From NCBI GenBank assembly GCA_040753015.1, contig JBFMHM010000001.1, positions 8,193-72,192 of the forward strand: a DNA stretch of 64,000 bases, in the 5' to 3' direction. The notes beneath the pieces were generated by a model that was not told the origin of the DNA, did not search any database, and saw only the letters and a program-made list of their open reading frames with translations. A program made the translations under genes and the position numbers. Every line of letters starts with the position of its first letter. The stretch's first letter is position 1. Shown here piece after piece: positions 29,924-43,200 of the stretch. Source of the stretch: Candidatus Omnitrophota bacterium. Its GTDB lineage: Bacteria; Omnitrophota; Gorgyraeia; Gygaellales; JBFMHM01.

Positions 29924-31485
29924 AAGAAATTTATTTATACGATACAACCTTAAGAGATGGTGCTCAAACGGAAGGTATTTCCTATTCTCTAAACGACAAA
30001 ATAAGGATTGCTAGGAAACTTGATGAGATAGGCATCCATTTTATAGAAGGCGGTTGGCCAGCAAATTCAAAAGATAAAGCTTTTTTTGATGAGTTAATAA
30101 AGAAACCGTTAAAAAAAAGTTGCTTAACAGCTTTCGGTTCAACACGCCGCCCACATATAAATATTACTAAAGATGAAAATCTAAAAGGCCTGCTTACCGC
30201 TCAAACTAAAGTTATTACGGTATTTGGTAAAACCTGGGATCTACATGTAAGAGACGTTTTAAAAACCACTCTTGATGAAAATTTAAAGATGATTTATGAA
30301 ACAGTACATTATCTAAAAACAAAGAAAAAACAAGTTTTTTATGATGCCGAACATTTTTTTGACGCCTATAAAAATAATCCGGAATATACTTTAAAAACTT
30401 TATCAGCAGCAATAAATGCTGGGGCCGATAGAATAATTTTTTGTGATACAAATGGCGGCACTTTAACTGAAGATATTAAACCAATAATCAGCGAAATAAA
30501 CAGAAATTTCAAAAGTGATTTTGGTATTCACTGTCATAATGATTTAGGGTTAGCTATTGCAAATAGCATTACTGCATTAAACTCAGGATGCACTCAAGTC
30601 CAAGGCACGTTTAACGGCTATGGCGAGCGCTGTGGAAACGCTGATCTTGTAGCAATTATTGGAATATTAAAATTAAAAATGGGAATTAACTGTGTCAGCG
30701 ATATTGCAATAAAAGAATTAACAAAGGCTGCGCGCTTTATAAGCGAAGTTTCAAATATGAAGCAAGAAGAAAGACAGCCATTTGTAGGCCATAGCGCCTT
30801 CGCACATAAAGGCGGCGTACATATTAATGCAGTGCTTAAGAATTCTAAAAGCTATGAGCATATTGACCCAAAATTAGTTGGTAACCACAGGCGCGTTTTA
30901 GTATCAGAGCTTGCCGGAAAAAGCCCAATCTTAATTAAAGCAAAAGAAATGGAGTTAGATTTAGATAAAAATTCTCCCCGCACGAAAAAAATACTCGAAT
31001 TATTACAAAACTTAGAACATAAAGGTTACGCCTTTGAAGCAGCTGACGCATCTTTCGAAGTTCTAGTTAAAAAAGGGCTTGGAAAATATAAGAAATTTTT
31101 TGATTTAGATAGTTTCCGCGTAATTATCGAAAAAAGAGAAAACGGTAAGCTTTATAGCGAGGCAACAATTAAAATACGCGTAAATAATATTTTAGAGCAA
31201 ACAGCAGCAGAAGGCGATGGCCCAGTAAATGCCCTTGATAATGCACTAAGAAAAGCCTTGCTTGGATTTTATCCAAGCCTTTCAAAAATGCACCTATCTG
31301 ACTTTAAGGTTAGAGTGCTTGATGAGAAAGCCGGCACTGCAGCTAAAGTACGTGTTTTAATCCAATCGCAAGACCAGGCTGAATCATGGACAACCGTCGG
31401 TGTTTCAGAAAATATTATTGAGGCCTCCTGGCAAGCGCTTGTTGACAGCGTAGAGTATAAACTGCTCAAAGATAAAACAAAATGA
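29920..31485 (+). CDS. cimA: citramalate synthase / LeuA-family 2-alkylmalate synthase (long form with C-terminal regulatory domain)
   Basis: The HMGL-like TIM barrel is shown by LYDTTLRDGAQTEGISYS...HCHNDLGLAIANS. The length is 521 aa and a LeuA-dimer domain is present. Confidence 0.72.
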   Translation: MKEIYLYDTTLRDGAQTEGISYSLNDKIRIARKLDEIGIHFIEGGWPANSKDKAFFDELIKKPLKKSCLTAFGSTRRPHINITKDENLKGLLTAQTKVITVFGKTWDLHVRDVLKTTLDENLKMIYETVHYLKTKKKQVFYDAEHFFDAYKNNPEYTLKTLSAAINAGADRIIFCDTNGGTLTEDIKPIISEINRNFKSDFGIHCHNDLGLAIANSITALNSGCTQVQGTFNGYGERCGNADLVAIIGILKLKMGINCVSDIAIKELTKAARFISEVSNMKQEERQPFVGHSAFAHKGGVHINAVLKNSKSYEHIDPKLVGNHRRVLVSELAGKSPILIKAKEMELDLDKNSPRTKKILELLQNLEHKGYAFEAADASFEVLVKKGLGKYKKFFDLDSFRVIIEKRENGKLYSEATIKIRVNNILEQTAAEGDGPVNALDNALRKALLGFYPSLSKMHLSDFKVRVLDEKAGTAAKVRVLIQSQDQAESWTTVGVSENIIEASWQALVDSVEYKLLKDKTK

Positions 31486-34184
31486 GTCTTGAGCTTTCTA
31501 AACAATACAACCCACGAGAAGTCGAAGACTCTATTTATAATTTTTGGCTTACAAAAAATTATTTTCATGCCGAAGCAGACGCCTCAAAAAAACCATATAC
31601 AATAGTTATCCCTCCGCCCAATGTTACTGGTATTTTACATATGGGCCATGCTTTAAATAATACAATCCAAGACATCTTAATCCGCGCAAAGAGAATGCAG
31701 GGCTTTAATTGCCTCTGGGTACCAGGTACTGACCATGCTGGCATTGCCACGCAAAATGTTGTGGAAAAAAAGATAAAAAAAGAAAAAAATTTAACCCGGC
31801 AAGATTTAGGTAGAGAAAAATTCTTAGAGGAAGTTTGGAATTGGCGAAATGAATATGGCTCTACAATTATAAGCCAATTGAAAAAGCTGGGCTCCTCTTG
31901 CGACTGGCAAAGGCTTTCGTTTACCATGGATGAAGGCTATTCTAAATCCGTCCAAGAGGTATTTATAACACTTTTTAATGCCGGCCTAATTTATCGTGGA
32001 AATTATATTATAAACTGGTGCCCTAGATGCCAAACTGCATTATCAGATGAAGAAGCCCCACATAAAGATTTAGATGGATTCTTATATTATATAAAATATC
32101 CCATTAAAGATACTAAAAATTATATAACTGTTGCAACAACTCGCCCCGAAACAATGCTTGGCGATAAAGCTATTGCAATAAATCCAAAAGATAAACGTTT
32201 TAAACATTTAATTGGTAAAACTGTAATTTTGCCATTAATTGAAAAAGAAATTCCCATAATCGCTGATGAATTAGTTGATATGGAATTTGGCACTGGTTTC
32301 GTTAAAGTAACTCCAGCACATGACCCTAATGACTTCATTATGGGTAAACGCCATAATTTAGAGCCGCTTAAAATTATGACCCCGGATGGGAAAATTAGCG
32401 AAAATTCTGGCGATTACAACGGAATGGATAGGTTTGAAGCAAGAGAAGCAATAATTGAAGATTTAAAAGAACGTAAACTGTTAGAAAAAATTGAACCACA
32501 CAAACATGCAGTTGGCCACTGTTACCGCTGCCACACAATAATAGAACCATACCTATCTTTACAATGGTTTGTTAAAATGAAACCGCTTTCTGAAGAAGCA
32601 GTTAGAGTAGTTAAGTCTGGAAAAATAAAATTTCATCCGGCTCGTTGGAAAAAAATTTATCTTAATTGGTTTAACAATCTACAAGATTGGTGCATTTCAC
32701 GGCAAATTTGGTGGGGACACAGAATTCCTGTCTATTATTGTAAAAAATGTCAAGAGACAGGAATTCTGAATGAAAAAATCAAAAATCAAAATTCAAAAAT
32801 AGAACAAAGAGGTGTGATTGTTTCAAAAACAAAGTCGGATAAGTGCCCGAATTGTGGTTCAAGCGACATCTATCAAGATGAAGATGTTTTAGATACGTGG
32901 TTTTCATCATGGCTTTGGCCGTTTGCCACGCTTAACTGGCCAAAAGAGCAAAGCGAAAAAGAATTAAAATACTTTTACCCCACGAATACATTGGTTACAG
33001 CTCAAGAAATTATATTTTTCTGGGTTGCGCGCATGATTATGGCTGGCATTTATTTTATGAAAGACATTCCGTTTCGTGATGTTTATATCCATGGCACTGT
33101 GCGCGATGACACTGGAAAAAAAATGTCAAAGTCATTAGGAAACATTATTGACCCGCTTGAAATAATAAATAATTTTGGCGCAGATGCGCTACGCTTTTCA
33201 ATCATAAGCTTGACCAGCGCTGGGCAAGACGTCTATTTATCAAACGAAAAATTCCAAGCTGGAAGAAACTTTGCTAATAAAATTTGGAATGCCTCAAGAT
33301 TCGTCTTAATAAATTTAGAGCCGGAAAAAATTAATGTCGATCTATGCATTTACTCAAAAGATAATCTAAAAGAATTAAAAGATAGATGGATTCTAAGTCG
33401 ATTTTATCAAACACTAGCGCAAGTATCAAAGTCAATTGATCAATTTAAAATTAATGAAGCAATAAAGCAAATTTATGAATTTTTCTGGCATGAATTTTGC
33501 GACTGGTATATTGAGCTTTCAAAACAAGACATAAAAAATCCAACTACGCAAGTAATTTTGTACAAAGTATTAGAAAAAACCCTGCGCATTCTACACCCGT
33601 TTATGCCATTTATTACAGAACAAATTTGGCAAAGCCTGTCTGGAGAAAAATCAGAATCAATAATGATAGCTTCGTGGCCGCATTTACAAAAACAATTTAT
33701 TTCAAAAGAAATAGATAGCCAAATGCAAGTTATAATTGACTTAATCGCATCGGTTCGCAACCTTCGCGCAGAGATAAAAATTGACCCTTCTAAAACTATT
33801 GATTTAATTATTTATTCAAAAAATAAGGATATAATTAAACTCTTAAAAGAAAATTCTGGTTACATTCAAAAATTAGGACAGGTTTTAAATATAACTTTTC
33901 AAGAAAAAGAAGCACGTCCAAAAAATGCTGTATCAGCAGTTTCTGGTAAAATTAGTTTCCATATTCCGCTTGAAGGCATTATCGACATCGGGAAAGAACT
34001 CCTACGGGTTAATAAAGAAATAGAGAATATCGAAAATTTCTTAAAGAACTCAAGCACAAAGTTAAATAATAAAGACTTTTTAAAAAACGCGCCTCTTGAG
34101 GTAATCGAAAAAGAAAAACAAAAACGAATTGACCTAAAAGAAAAACTAGAAAAATTAAAAACATACTCAAAGTTTCTTAGCTGA
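31482..34184 (+). CDS. valS: valine--tRNA ligase
   Basis: The HIGH motif (PPPNVTGILHMGHA), the KMSKS motif (KMSKSLGN), an editing domain and a C-terminal coiled coil are present. The gene is 900 aa. Confidence 0.97.
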   Translation: MSLELSKQYNPREVEDSIYNFWLTKNYFHAEADASKKPYTIVIPPPNVTGILHMGHALNNTIQDILIRAKRMQGFNCLWVPGTDHAGIATQNVVEKKIKKEKNLTRQDLGREKFLEEVWNWRNEYGSTIISQLKKLGSSCDWQRLSFTMDEGYSKSVQEVFITLFNAGLIYRGNYIINWCPRCQTALSDEEAPHKDLDGFLYYIKYPIKDTKNYITVATTRPETMLGDKAIAINPKDKRFKHLIGKTVILPLIEKEIPIIADELVDMEFGTGFVKVTPAHDPNDFIMGKRHNLEPLKIMTPDGKISENSGDYNGMDRFEAREAIIEDLKERKLLEKIEPHKHAVGHCYRCHTIIEPYLSLQWFVKMKPLSEEAVRVVKSGKIKFHPARWKKIYLNWFNNLQDWCISRQIWWGHRIPVYYCKKCQETGILNEKIKNQNSKIEQRGVIVSKTKSDKCPNCGSSDIYQDEDVLDTWFSSWLWPFATLNWPKEQSEKELKYFYPTNTLVTAQEIIFFWVARMIMAGIYFMKDIPFRDVYIHGTVRDDTGKKMSKSLGNIIDPLEIINNFGADALRFSIISLTSAGQDVYLSNEKFQAGRNFANKIWNASRFVLINLEPEKINVDLCIYSKDNLKELKDRWILSRFYQTLAQVSKSIDQFKINEAIKQIYEFFWHEFCDWYIELSKQDIKNPTTQVILYKVLEKTLRILHPFMPFITEQIWQSLSGEKSESIMIASWPHLQKQFISKEIDSQMQVIIDLIASVRNLRAEIKIDPSKTIDLIIYSKNKDIIKLLKENSGYIQKLGQVLNITFQEKEARPKNAVSAVSGKISFHIPLEGIIDIGKELLRVNKEIENIENFLKNSSTKLNNKDFLKNAPLEVIEKEKQKRIDLKEKLEKLKTYSKFLS

Positions 34185-34200
34185 TCCATTTCGCACCTCT

Positions 34201-34247
34201 GTAAGCGTCTCGCCGAAAATCAGGCGGATGAAAGCGCTTACATTTTT
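34201..34247 (+). terminator. intrinsic terminator after valS (GTAAGCG...CGCTTAC stem, ATTTTT)
   Basis: An inverted repeat with an inner CGCC/GGCG helix is followed by a T-run. Confidence 0.5.
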
Positions 34248-34297
34248 CGCCCCAAAACCCTTGAAATTGGCCTTTTCTTGTTGCATACTTATTATAT

Positions 34298-37200
34298 ATG
34301 ATTAAACGTATATTTATCTTATTATTGGTAGGGATTTTTTGTTTTAACCACTTATGTTATGGTTTTCAAAACATAAGTGCCTCGAAGCGCGTAACACTTT
34401 CGGGGCCAACATTATTAGGCATTGATTTAAATGGTAGAGACGCGCTGCAGTGCGTCTCTACGGGTATCCAATTCAATCTAAACATCCCCAAAGGCACTAT
34501 TCTTAATCTAGACCAACGTAACAACCTTAAAACCAACATAAACTACTTTCTAACAGCTCTAACCATACAAGACTCTGAATTCTGGGTTAACCTAAACCCA
34601 AACCAGCCTAACAGGCTTACAGGAACAAATATTGCCTACACAGACATGGGCAAGCATCTATTACTCCTAGACCTAAAGCTTAAGAAAGACACAACCTTTG
34701 CATTGTTTCCCGGATTATCACAAGGAGCCACAACATACTGGGAACGTGTGTTTGCTAAAGCTAAAGCTTTAGCAAAATCAAATATCAAATATCAAAAATC
34801 AAATATACAAACTAAAAATCAAAAAGAAGAACAAAACCGAAGAACCGAAGAACTGACGAACAGTCGAACTGTCTCTATCCCCACAACCTTCCGTGTCTGG
34901 ATAGTTCCAGACAAGGCAGAAGTATACGAAGATGGCAAAGGTAGCTGTGTAATAACCAAATCAACATTGAAAGTGTTACTGGAAAGTGAGTATCTACAAC
35001 TCCCCCAGACCCCCTCTTTACCAAAGAGGGGGATAAAGGGGGAGTTTGATAACAACCAAGAGTTACAATCCTACTGTGAATCGCAGCTAAAAGAACTAAT
35101 ACTTCCTAACCTAACACATAAAGTAAACCATGATCCAAGCTACGAGCCACTAAGACAGATATACAATGCAATTATTCTTGCGAAGTGGTTTAAAGCCAAT
35201 GCTTTAAACAGCAAGAATAATAATTACCAATTACCAAATCCCAATGTCAAATCAATTACTAATGACCAATCAACCAATAAAAACCAATTCGAACAGATCA
35301 TTAATTCTAATAATTTAAAGGGGTTAATATCTAAGGATCCAATAACAAAAGAACAAATCTTTGCTGCCTACTTAGACTCAGTAAAACAAGGCGAATACCA
35401 TCTTACCAAGACTAACTACAATGAAGAGCTGAAGGCTAATATTAGGAGAAGTTATGTGAGCGGGGGAGCAGAGTTTACAGCTATAGCTTTAACAGTTGAC
35501 CCAACTGCGACAAGCAAGGCAGGTGCACTTGCAACAGATAATTTAGGAGCAGCAGTTACATTAACAGATAGTCAAAATCAATCAATAAATGTAGCTATAA
35601 AAACTGATTTTGATAGTTCTAACGCAATGGATGTAACTAGTCGAGTAGAGCCGCGATTAATCGCGTCTCTACAAGGTGATATTAAAATATTTGTTTGTCC
35701 ATCTTTAAGTCAATTTGATAACCAAGATAATTTTTCTCTCATTGCTCACGCAGGCAGGGGTGGAGTAAGGGTAGTAGATGGAGTTACCCATAAGCATACC
35801 TTGCGTCAAATATATCTATCCCCTAAACAATTTGAGCTTGTGCAAGGCTTAACCCAAGAAGCCAAAGAACAATTCTGGAAACATGAAATAGCACATCTTG
35901 AACATCCGGAGATGAGCGAAGAAGAGGTGCAAGCGGTTGCGCCGACGGATAAGGTAAGGGAAGAACTCATTGATCCTGATTTAAGAAAATTACTAGAAGC
36001 AGAAAAGGTTCTAAGCATAGAAGAAATAGATCTTTCCGAAGCCTACGTATATGCTGCTGATGACATTGCAGCTATTGCTCAAAACAAACCCGAGCTTGCC
36101 GATAAAGCTCTTGCCGTCTTAGAAAACATCCTAATAAAAACCATCCTAATCCTAAACAGAGAAGAATTAGATCTTTGCGAAGCCTACGTATATGCTGCTA
36201 ATGCCATTGCAGTTATTGCTCAAAACAAACCCGAGCTTATCCGTGAAAGTACCCTCGCTGTTTTAAAAAACATCTTAAACAGCGAAAAATTACATACTTC
36301 CGCCTACGTATATGCTGCTAATGCCATTGCAGCTTACTATGCAAAAGTAAATAAACCTATCCCAGCGGCAGCGCTAAAGGCCCTTCGTCTTCGCTACATA
36401 CGGTTTACCGATCGTGGCATTAGTTTTCATGATGCATCTGCCTTTGCCGAAGGTTTACTTAAAACAGCTTCTCCAGTAACTCTTAAGCCTTTACCCGAGG
36501 CTCTGCCCAAGAAAGAAGCTATAGATTTAAACAGTATCCCTAAACAAGATAACCTCGATGATTTGTTAAAAGATTATACTTTTGTCCGCGCTCAAGGAAG
36601 AACATTAATCTACAAACACAAAACAACAGGTAAATTCTTAGCCTTAAAGCTACTTAAAAAAGATGAAAGTCCAGCAGAACTTACTCATGAAAGCAATATG
36701 TTCGAATACTTTAACAAACATAGGCAAACATTGGGATTACAATCAATCTTTCCTATGTCTATGGTTCTTAACTCTGAGGGTGATAAAGTGTTAAGTGTGG
36801 TTAATTTGCCTCGAGATGCATTAGCTGATTTATCTGTTTCGGTTGAAAAAACAAAGCAATGCTATACAGTTATGGCATATACTACAACTAGCTTTGATTA
36901 CTTTACGTATCTTGATGATCCTGTTTTAAGTAAAGAAGAATTTAATCAAGCAACTGAAAAATCTGTACATGACTTATTTGCTCTCGCAAGTTACGGAATT
37001 ATTCATACTGCATTACTAAGTATTTTTCATACCGTAGAGCAGGATAAAGATAGGCAAGATGCGGGTAAGTATATTTGGATGACAAGTATAATTAGAAAGT
37101 TGACTACAGGTACAGGTAGACTAGAAAATTGGTTAATTGCTGCAAAATACCCTAATTTAAGGCGATCCGGCTTAGCTGATCTAGCTGACATAACTACTCT

Positions 37201-40200
37201 TGATGAATTAATAACTGATCCAAACCATCTTGGAAGCATTCATTTATCCGAAGCAAGAGAATTCTATAATAATCAAGAAGTATTAAAACGCGTATTTCTT
37301 GCAAATTACATAGGAGATTATCTATTGACCTTTGCTTTAATTACAGGTTCGCGATTACATAAACGCAATGAATTTAATTGGCAAGACCCAGAACAATTAG
37401 CCAAGTTTATGCAGGAATTATTTACTCAAGCATTTACTGTAAGTAGATCCCAAGAACAAGCCAATACTGTAGCTAAAGCAATTGACTGGGCTCGTCTTGC
37501 CAGACAAATGAGCTATTTTATGTCAGGGGCGTATGTAGCTGATTTTAGCCCAAAAAACCCACACAGAAATATTCCAGTTGGAATGTTTGAAGGCGAAGAA
37601 ATTTGCTCACTAGGTTCTTTTGACGAAAGTCTTTGGTCAGAAGTTTTTGGTTGGACAAGCCTTGTCCAAGATAATCCTGAAGATAATCCATCAGCGCTTG
37701 GCCCCTTTAACGGCCCTTTTCCATTAACTGAACTGGTTAAAGCATTGTATGTTTATGCAAGCTTACTTGCTACAGATACACAGACTACAGAAGAACAAAC
37801 TGCTGACACCACCATTGCCTCAACAGGCGAGAAGGGTGCAACGCGAGCTGAACACGAGGTATATCATAAACAAGGTAAATTTGAAGAAGTAATTACTGAT
37901 ATTGCTAAAAAAATTGAAGCAGAAAAAAGAGCTGATGGTAAATATGACTTACGCGCTAAAGTTCAAGAAAAAGGTGGTAGTATTCAAAAAATATTTAGCC
38001 AATTACGCATTGAAAATGATGGAATACTTGTAATTATTGACATTCGTTTTCATAGAGACCATGCCGGCAGAAACGAATTCGCGGTCTATGCCCGAAGTGA
38101 AGCTAAAGCTCAACACGAGCTAAGTGAATTACGCGACTGGCGAGATTTTGCAATTGAACAAAACATTGCCACTTTAGAAGATATACAACAAGGCTTACTT
38201 GGAACTAAACTAAGAGAATGGATGAATGATGGAGCCATTCAAGATGCAGAACGCGCCCATCGCAAAAGCTTAATTGAAGAAAAAAGCAAAGCCTTTCATA
38301 GAAAAGCACTTGAGATTGAGGTAAAATCTGATTTCGAAGATATCGAAGAGCCAGGTTACAAAGCTGTTACATTTATCCTTCCAGAAGCGACAGATGGCCA
38401 AGGTGATTTTATGGATTTACTTTCTACGGCAAGGGTATTTCAAAAATCAAATCCTACTAAAAAAGTAAGAATAGCGCTAGAAAGAGCCTCTGCTTATAAA
38501 AAACTTACTAAATTGTTTCCTGATTTTGATCCAGAAAAAATTAGCAATACAGTAGATGACATAGTAGTAATTAATGCTGAACAAGACCCAACTTTTATAG
38601 ATAGCCTTTTGTGTAATAAAGTAAGTATTATTCTTTTATCAGCAGATAAATCACCACCGGCTTTAGGTTTATCAGCAGTTAATATTTATCTGGAAGAACC
38701 TGGTGCTTCAAAAAGAATATATCTGCCGACTAATTTAAAACGCGGAGAAGTTTATAAAGATAAACAAGGGCGCTTACATATTGTTTATACCACTGGTTTT
38801 AGCACAGATTCTTTAGGTATGGTTATAGATAAAACTTTAAAACAAAAGATGCAAACTGCAGGTAACTCAAAGCAAAACCTATTACATTCTTTAGCTCAAG
38901 AAAAACCCGGCCTTCAATTACCAGCTGATACCATAGATTCCAAATGGGGATTTGTTTATTATAATAGTTCTCATGTTGAAGTTGTTTATAGTAGTTTTGG
39001 ATATTTTTCTTTTTTATATCAAGCGTTAAAAAATGGGAATATTGATAAAGGACAAAAAATTACAATATTTGACTTTAGCGATACCGTTGATTCCTGTGAT
39101 GGAGTGCGTAACTATGATGCTTATAAAGCTTTTACCCATATTTTTCCTGACGGCAAGATAATAGTGGGAGAAAAATTTCCTAATGTTAGAGTTGTTCATG
39201 TCTCTATGGCATCACATAATTTATTCTTGAGATTTATGTATATGGCAGAGCTGCCTATATTAGTTACAGGTACAAGAAGTTTAACAGAGGCAATCGAATT
39301 AGGCAAACCCTTTGTTTATGACTTAATGAATTGGAAAGTCGGCCTTGTGCAGGGCATGGTTGAGCAGGCAATTCGTCATATGCCTTTGGACCAAGCATTA
39401 ATAATCGCGGCTTGTTTAAATGGCTACCCTGCAATAGACGAACAAGAAAAATATACGAGATTACTTACATTATACAGACAATTAAGAACGCAAATCCCAC
39501 TTGTAAAGTCACCCGATGATATAGGTTTAGTGCTAAATCAATTTGCAGAAAATAATGGGTTAGATAGGAATAAATTTGGCTATGCATTTTGGGAACCTCT
39601 TAAAAGTGTTACCGGCCCCGAAATAACTGAAGAAGAATTAGTTGCATTAAAAATTTGTTGGATTATGCTAGGTGGTTTAAGAAGCATTCACTTAAAACAT
39701 AGTCCCAGGATTTTATATGATTCTATTTATCAAGAAGCATTTAGAGCTTTGACAGAAGTATTAGCAAATTTACCTGCGTTAGAGGATAATTTAGCGCAGC
39801 AAATAACTACATTAGTTGATGCTTATAACCAAGATGAGCAAGAGGCACTTAGAATTTTACGAACAAATGTTGATGCCGCTGTTGGCCAAAAAGAAGACGA
39901 AATTGACTTTATTATCTCAAGTGATGGAGGCGTAGCTGATAAAGATGTTTCGTTGCTTCCTCCCAAGTACGACGGAGAGCGATTTAGCCCGCAGACTATC
40001 TATGATTTTGGCGCAGGTTTATCTCCTCTAGAAAGACAGCACTTAAGGCGAAGCTTGGTTAGGTTAACGGCTCAACTAAGAAATAAGGATGTAGCCGTGC
40101 GAACTCAAGCAGTAACTGCTTTGATAAATCTTTTCGCCAATGAATTTGGGCTTTTTTCAAGAGGTATTCTTCAACAGGCATATCAGAATCAAGAACAATT

Positions 40201-43200
40201 AACTAATCTTTTTATACTTATGCGCCCTCTTTTAGAAAATACTCTCTTAAATGGAAGCGAAGCAGATGATGCCTATCAAAACTTAGCTAATCAACTTGCT
40301 AATCCAACCACTGGTTCTAGTCAAGAAACTATCCTAAGGACTGCCAATAACCTTGGTTGGAATTTAATCTTTATTAATGATAGGCCAATATTTGTTTTAA
40401 CTGATGAAGCGCATAATTACGCCACATCAACTGCTTCAGATGAGGTGCGCCTTGTTAATCTTTTGCCAGAAGGAATAGTTTTATCAAATGCACGTCCAGT
40501 ACAGGCAAGTGAGGTTACGCAACCTGATGTTAGCGCACCAGTAGTTTCGCAGCCAGTGCAATTACCACAGCCACAGCAGCCAACTACTGCTTTAGTTGTA
40601 CCTAACCAAGTACAAGGAGTACTTGTTAAACCGCGTACAATTGCCGGAGTAATTGCTAAGTTTAAGCCTATAAATTATCAACCAACACTAAACAGGCCGC
40701 TTATTCAAAGAATTGCAATACTTATTAACGAAGGCGATTATAACCAAGCAGCTACGCTTATCCAAAACAACCATACAAGAGCACAAGCGCAGGCACTCTT
40801 AACCGAGCTTTTAATTGCACACCCAGGTCCGCAAACATTCGAGTTACTAGCTTATTTAGATATAGGTCTAGCAACAGATAGTTTTATGCAGGCATTTGCT
40901 ACAACTAATGGCGAACTAAATTTAGAACGCATAAACAATATTATATTTATGCTCTCACTCATACAAAGAGACAGAATTTATCTTTGGCAAGCGCAGTCGG
41001 ATTTACGTTCCGCTGGAACGCTTAGGGAGAGCCTGCCATTTTCTTGTTTTATTCTTGCCAGAATGAGCCAAGAGAGGGAATATCAGCCATTTGTTGCAAG
41101 AATGAGAAGGCTTATTGATGATATTGTGCCACTTGGAACAGTTGCTGGGTTAAACCGCATAGAAACATTACTTAAAATTGTTAATGATTTAGCACCAGAA
41201 GCTCTAGTTGCACAAGAACAAACATATTCCTTCGCAAGAAGCATTGATGAAATTGATGAAATTGTTGCTAGCTTAAATAGCGCAGGAGATGATTTAAGCG
41301 CTGTTTCAGATTATTGTATTCTAGGTCGTTCGCCAACCAATGTACTTCGTGCGGTTAAAAAATATGCAGCAGCCAAGATTCTTCCCTGGCGAGCAGTTTT
41401 AGTTAGATTACTTTCAGCGCAATCACCAGAAGCTATTGCAACATTTATTGCTGTGCTTGACCAGCAGCAAACAGCTTGGTATCGAAATGATTTAGGCGAT
41501 GAATTAGAAAGAGTAGAGTTTTTCTCTACCTTGCTTGCAGAAATTGACAGAGAACTTGCCATAAACACTATAGACGTGCTTGTTACTGACCAAATACTTT
41601 ATCATCAAGACTCACGCAGATTAGCAGAGCGTATTCTTCTTGGCCCGGCAATTGAAGCAATAGATGCAATGGTTGCAATACACACTGAACTTTGCAAAAG
41701 AGATAGCCGTTATAATACAGAGTTTGAATTCCAGCTAACCGGTGTGTTACTTGCTGAAGACTTGACTAAAGGCCAAAGACAGCAAGCAGTTAAAAGATGT
41801 GCTCAAATCATCGAAACTACTGATGATAATTGGCATAAACTAAAAGCTGACTTCCGTGTACTTATTGCAATGCGTACCGACTCAGGTCAAGCCCGCAAAG
41901 ATGCAATCGCTGAGTTGGGGAGGTTAGGCACACCCGATGCTGTGGATGTGTTGCTTGGGCTACTAATACAAAGGAGCATACCTAGATATAGTTTACTAAA
42001 AGCATTGGCTAGGGGTTTAACTGTGGACCGAAAAACAGATGAGGATAAAATTTTTCAAGACGGTCTTAAAACAATTCATTCAGGTAGATATATTAAAGAA
42101 GCTATAAATGCGCTCTCTCAGTTAGCACGAACAGATTTGGATAGTTTTACAGCGCCTCAAGTATTTTTTATTAAATGGCTTGGTATGTATCTGAATTATC
42201 AGAATATAAATGGCGCTTATCTTCCAAATGATTCGGATAGGGTTGGCATTGTTAATATTTATATTATTCTAGGATTCCGCGGGCATAGTTATGCAGTATC
42301 AAAGTTTATTCAAGAGTGTGAGGGATATGATAAACTTCCTGATCTTCCACGAGATGATTTAAGGGGATGGTTTAATCCAGAAATCGAACAATGGGTTGTT
42401 TGGCGAAGAGATTTAATTGAAAAATTAGCTGATCCTAGATTAGATCAAGCTAATTGGCAATTTGAACAAAACCAATTTTTTCTTCTTCTAGAAGCAATTG
42501 GCGTGCCAAAAGAAGTTTCACGTAATATACGTCAACTATGTATTAGTGAAGATAAAAATGAAACAATAGCTGCAATCCAAGCCCTTGGCGAAAGTAAGCA
42601 TTCCGCTTCTGTTGAATTGCTCATCGATTGTTGTTTACCAATTGAACAACGTTCTATGTCTATTACTCACTTGAAATATAGAGATAAAGATGGCCGAAGA
42701 GGTCTTGACAACGATATTTGTCAAGCCGCGATTATAGCATTAGGTAAAATCGCTGACCCTCGCGCAGTTGAGCCTTTGATTGAATGTTTGAAGGATACGA
42801 ACAAATATGTTCGTCGCAACGCTGTCGAAGCTCTTGCTAAAATTGGCATGCCGGCATTGCCTGCATTAGAAGCAACTTTACGCCGTCCAGAGTATAATAA
42901 AGTTATTGCTGAAATACAAAGAATAATTGATCGTATTCGCGCTAAAAATCCTAGCATAACCGAGCATCAATTTTTCGCTCCGGTTTTATCGTCCGCTTTA
43001 AAACAAGAACTTATCGCTAAATTAAATGGCTCGGATTTATTAGATGCCCCTATTGCTGAACGGACAAAGCAAGTAATTAGAATATTAACTAGCGATAAAT
43101 ATTATGATGAGCAATCATTTAACTTGCTCATTGCCGCTTTAAATGAAATTAAAGCTGGAATACGCATTAACTTAGAAGGCCTGCATATTGCCGGTGATTA

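Noticed and set aside
31400-31500. T-box leader upstream of valS
   Set aside because: The valS start overlaps the cimA stop (31482-31485), so there is no leader region.
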